Positions 60,942 through 64,000 of a DNA stretch of 64,000 bases are shown here, in pieces. Source of the stretch: Takakia lepidozioides. Its lineage: Eukaryota; Plantae; Bryophyta. The notes below the pieces were generated by a model that searched no databases, was not told the origin of the DNA, and saw only the letters and a list, made by a program, of their open reading frames with translations. Position 1 is the first letter of the stretch, and every line of letters starts with the position of its first letter. A program made the position numbers and the translations under genes. Location: NCBI GenBank assembly GCA_030704615.1, contig CM060731.1:53444001-53508000 (forward strand), read 5' to 3'.

Positions 60942-63138
60942 GTTTAGTAGCATTGCTGCAGGCAGGTACTATGAGGCAGGCTGCGGTGGGGGTAGGTGCG
61001 ATGTGGCTTGCCCACTTGTTGCTGCCAGGGACCAATTGATGACTCGCAGGCTCGGTGGGTGAGTCTCACTTCTCTCTCAAGTCTACGTTGTGTTGGTTGT
61101 GCTGCAAGGTCACTGGAGGTACAACTCTCTTTTCTCCCATTTTGGGAGGTTTTTTCTCGATGTAGGAAGCCAGGATAGGTGTGGTGCATCGTCCTTGCAT
61201 GTAGGGAACACCCCCCGTCCTCCTACGCATATGAAGGAAAAGATGGCAGCGACTAACTGATCGCTTTGAGGCCTCCTCTTCTCCACATCGCCGTGATTCG
61301 GTATAGTGATTCGAAATTAGTGTGTTTGACTCGTGGCGGAGCTCTTGAGAGAGAAGCAGAAAAGTAGCGTTCGTAGGTCAGTACACTTCTAATGTTGCAG
61401 TAACAGGGGCAATTGTCTCACATGAGGCTCAGGCCTATTCCTTTTGGATCCGTAGGTCCTTTACTCGTACTCCCACCCACTATTTCCTTCCCTTTTCTCT
61501 GTTTATACCCTCGCTCTCTTCTTCTCCTACCGCCCTGAAATTTCGGCTCCCTTTCGAACTCAGACTGCTGGAAACCTTGTGAGGGTTGTGGTTGGTTTTT
61601 CTCCTCCTTGTACTCACAATCTGGAAGTCTAGTTGCAGCATATCCTCCTGTTGTTTGTGCTGTAGGAGGAGTATTCAGGTCGAATTGCTAGGTACCTATC
61701 AACCATTGGGGGACTTGTAATGTGATGTTGACTAGAGGTGTCTTGGAGCTATAAGTACTTCCATACTTCGGAAATATGTTATCAGTTAATTGTCACAGTC
61801 TGTAAGATCCATTGGACCCATAGAAGATGCGGCACCAGCAGGTTGAAATCCTAGGTTGAAGGGGTTATCTCTTTGGTCACTCTGGATTAGACTAGGGCAA
61901 ACTATGTATAATTGAAAATAAAGGCCTTTGTAATCACTACAAACTGTGTACGAAGTAGGGGCCAATCAAGCATAAGAGAGGAGCAGCACACAGGTTATGG
62001 CCGTCTTAGTTAGGATACAGAGTCTGATATTCTTGTGCTCCTGAGTTCAGTCGGCCTGAGAAGCTCTCACCCCAAATCTGTCCAGCGAGTAGACTGTATA
62101 CTGTCTGTGTTTCTGAGAAACAAGAACATTTGCACAGCTTTGGTGGAACCATGTTCTTGTTAACCGTCCCCAGCCTTCTCTGGCAGAGAAACCATTGGTC
62201 CTATTTCCCTTTTTGGTGTAGGGTAGCTTCTTTGACCACGGTTTGTTTCGGCCCCAGCTTTACTTCTATTTCTGGTTCTTTAATTTTGGATGTGCATTCT
62301 TCTTTTTGTTGATGAATGTGCTGACCCAGAACTCATGTTCCTCCCTGCTACTCAAAGAATTGGATTGTATTGTAAGCATTTGAAAGGTATTAAGATCTAT
62401 TTCCTCATTTTGTGTCCAGGAGGCTTCAATGCGTTCATGGTTATGGATGTCCACTAAAGTTGTTTGGTGGCATCAGCAAAAGAGAGGATTCCATCTCCAC
62501 CTCACTGTGAAGTCATGTGTCCTGTTTAGTATTGGACCATTCAAAGTCCATTCACGGCTCCCTGGATTTTGTAAGAGATCAAGAATAGTCTGAAGAGTAG
62601 AGCAGATATTATCACTTTATTAACAAGACTCTTGTAGATTGCATGGAGTCTCCAACTGCAACCAATCTATCAAGTACGCATTTTCAATTTGAAGGTCGTT
62701 GACATATTATTGATGCCCTGGATGAGGAAGGCCATTGGAAACGGTGACTGTGGAGATCCTAGCTATCTTGGATGTTCACTGTACAGGGCGGTTAAGGAGT
62801 GTGGTAACTTGATTAGGAGGAGGACAGTCTCTCTGGATTTGGAACCTTGGAAAGAAGCAGGAATGAAGCCAGGAGAGAGAGAGTTCAAAAGCGTGACTGA
62901 AATTTGGAGGATACAGCCTGCCGAGGACCAGCATGCTACTTGTAAGACTCAGAGATCCTTGATTAGGTTAGGTGTGAGATAAGACTCTGAGAGGGAGGGC
63001 CAGGTTTGATAGTATCAACTGTAGAAAAGTGGAGTTAGGGCCAAAAGCCGAACACAAGGAAACCGTGAGGTGAAAGACTGGAGGACAGGTCTGTTTTGCA
63101 GAGAGGAGAAAAAGAGGGGCATATATATAGCAGGCAAG

Positions 63139-64000
63139 ACGGGGTCCCTCTGCTGTGTGGCCGCAAGGCCCCATGGATCAACTGTGAGCCATGATGGATG
63201 GTCAACCGGACCACAGGAGCCCCATTGGCGCAGCAGTGGGGGCTTTTCTCCCACTGTCTCCAGCAGTCTGGGGGAGAATAAAGTGGACCCAGAAGCTGCG
63301 GCGACTGCTTCTCACTCTGTTCAGTTACATCAAGCATCTTTGTCTTCAAGCAGTAGGGGAAGCAGAAGTGGGAGTAGGATGGGCAGTTCCCGGTTTCTGG
63401 GCCATCAGCGCACTCTCTCGGAGAACTGGTTTTCTCGTGGTGGCAGTCCTTCCGATAGTTTCCGTACAAATTCCTGGAATCCTCTGGCTTCCTCCAGCGG
63501 TCACATGGGAGACTTCATTATTGCGGCCTCGGGTACGTGATCTCTTCCTGAGCTACAAGTAAAAGAAAGAGAGATGCATGGAGACTCGGGATGAATAGTG
63601 TTGTGGGCTGTGGCTCAGGATGGCTTTGACATTAGGTGGATATACAATGAGTTCACTGAGGGTCAAGAACCATGTCCAAATTCTGTAAATAAACTTGGTA
63701 TTCGGATCGGTTTCACTCCTTCCTTCTGCAACCCGGGTTATTCATAGGACATGCATAAAAGAGCCCTGGTAGGCGTGAGATGCAAATGCAGCTGGCTGGT
63801 AGGGAGTAGGGGTTCCACCCATGCAAGGCAGATAGAGCAGTATTTTACCTTGCTTACTGAATTGCTTTTACTACTTGGTCATTATCCATGGGTTGACTGC
63901 AGATCCAGCATCAAGCCCTTCCATCACCATAGCTTCTTCAAAAGAGGTCAGTATTCCGGGATGTTCCTCCATCAGAGTATAGCCTGAACGCTCTCTCTCT
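63139..64000 (+). pseudogene. N-terminus of a plant RING-finger family protein (MGSLCCVAA type); start codon reads ACG; runs off the window
   Basis: (T)GSLCCVAARPHG...WSTGPQEPHWR...FSP resembles the family N-terminus as I recall it; exon 63139-63532, next exon from 63903 with in-frame TAG at 63980-63982; the RING domain itself is not in the window. Confidence 0.65.

Noticed and set aside
63139-63141. C-to-U RNA editing creating an AUG
   Set aside because: Plant ACG-to-AUG editing is organellar; this is a nuclear gene with spliceosomal introns

Overview
Eukaryotic nuclear DNA with GT-AG introns; gene content and TE types point to a land plant, probably non-seed (inference; species cannot be determined). 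Two apparently intact genes sit head-to-head: a KAPP-type FHA+PP2C phosphatase (minus, 21586-31820) and an HGSNAT-like membrane acetyltransferase (plus, 32407-39127). Four genes are damaged: a long-chain fatty alcohol oxidase (minus, 6639-10971) and, at the right end, a block of three decayed genes (FolD, an unidentified multi-exon gene, and a RING-family gene whose start codon reads ACG). The rest is transposon-rich: a decayed L1-type LINE ending 40 bp from the FAO stop, a full-length Ty3/gypsy chromovirus with near-identical LTRs and a 5-bp TSD, a MULE/SWIM transposase relic, a copia RNase H relic, a tRNA-derived SINE family, RTE/RTEX-like LINE 3-prime ends, several MITEs and a ~120-bp tandem array. 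The most unusual signals are: (i) three TTAA-flanked CCC...GGG elements that look like non-autonomous piggyBac transposons; (ii) the 120-bp array interrupted twice at the same position by hairpin-bearing inserts with a shared 3-prime end; (iii) a doubled hairpin+PPT module in the chromovirus; (iv) a duplicated KAPP exon diverged mostly at synonymous sites. All exon boundaries and family calls were made by eye, without database searches.
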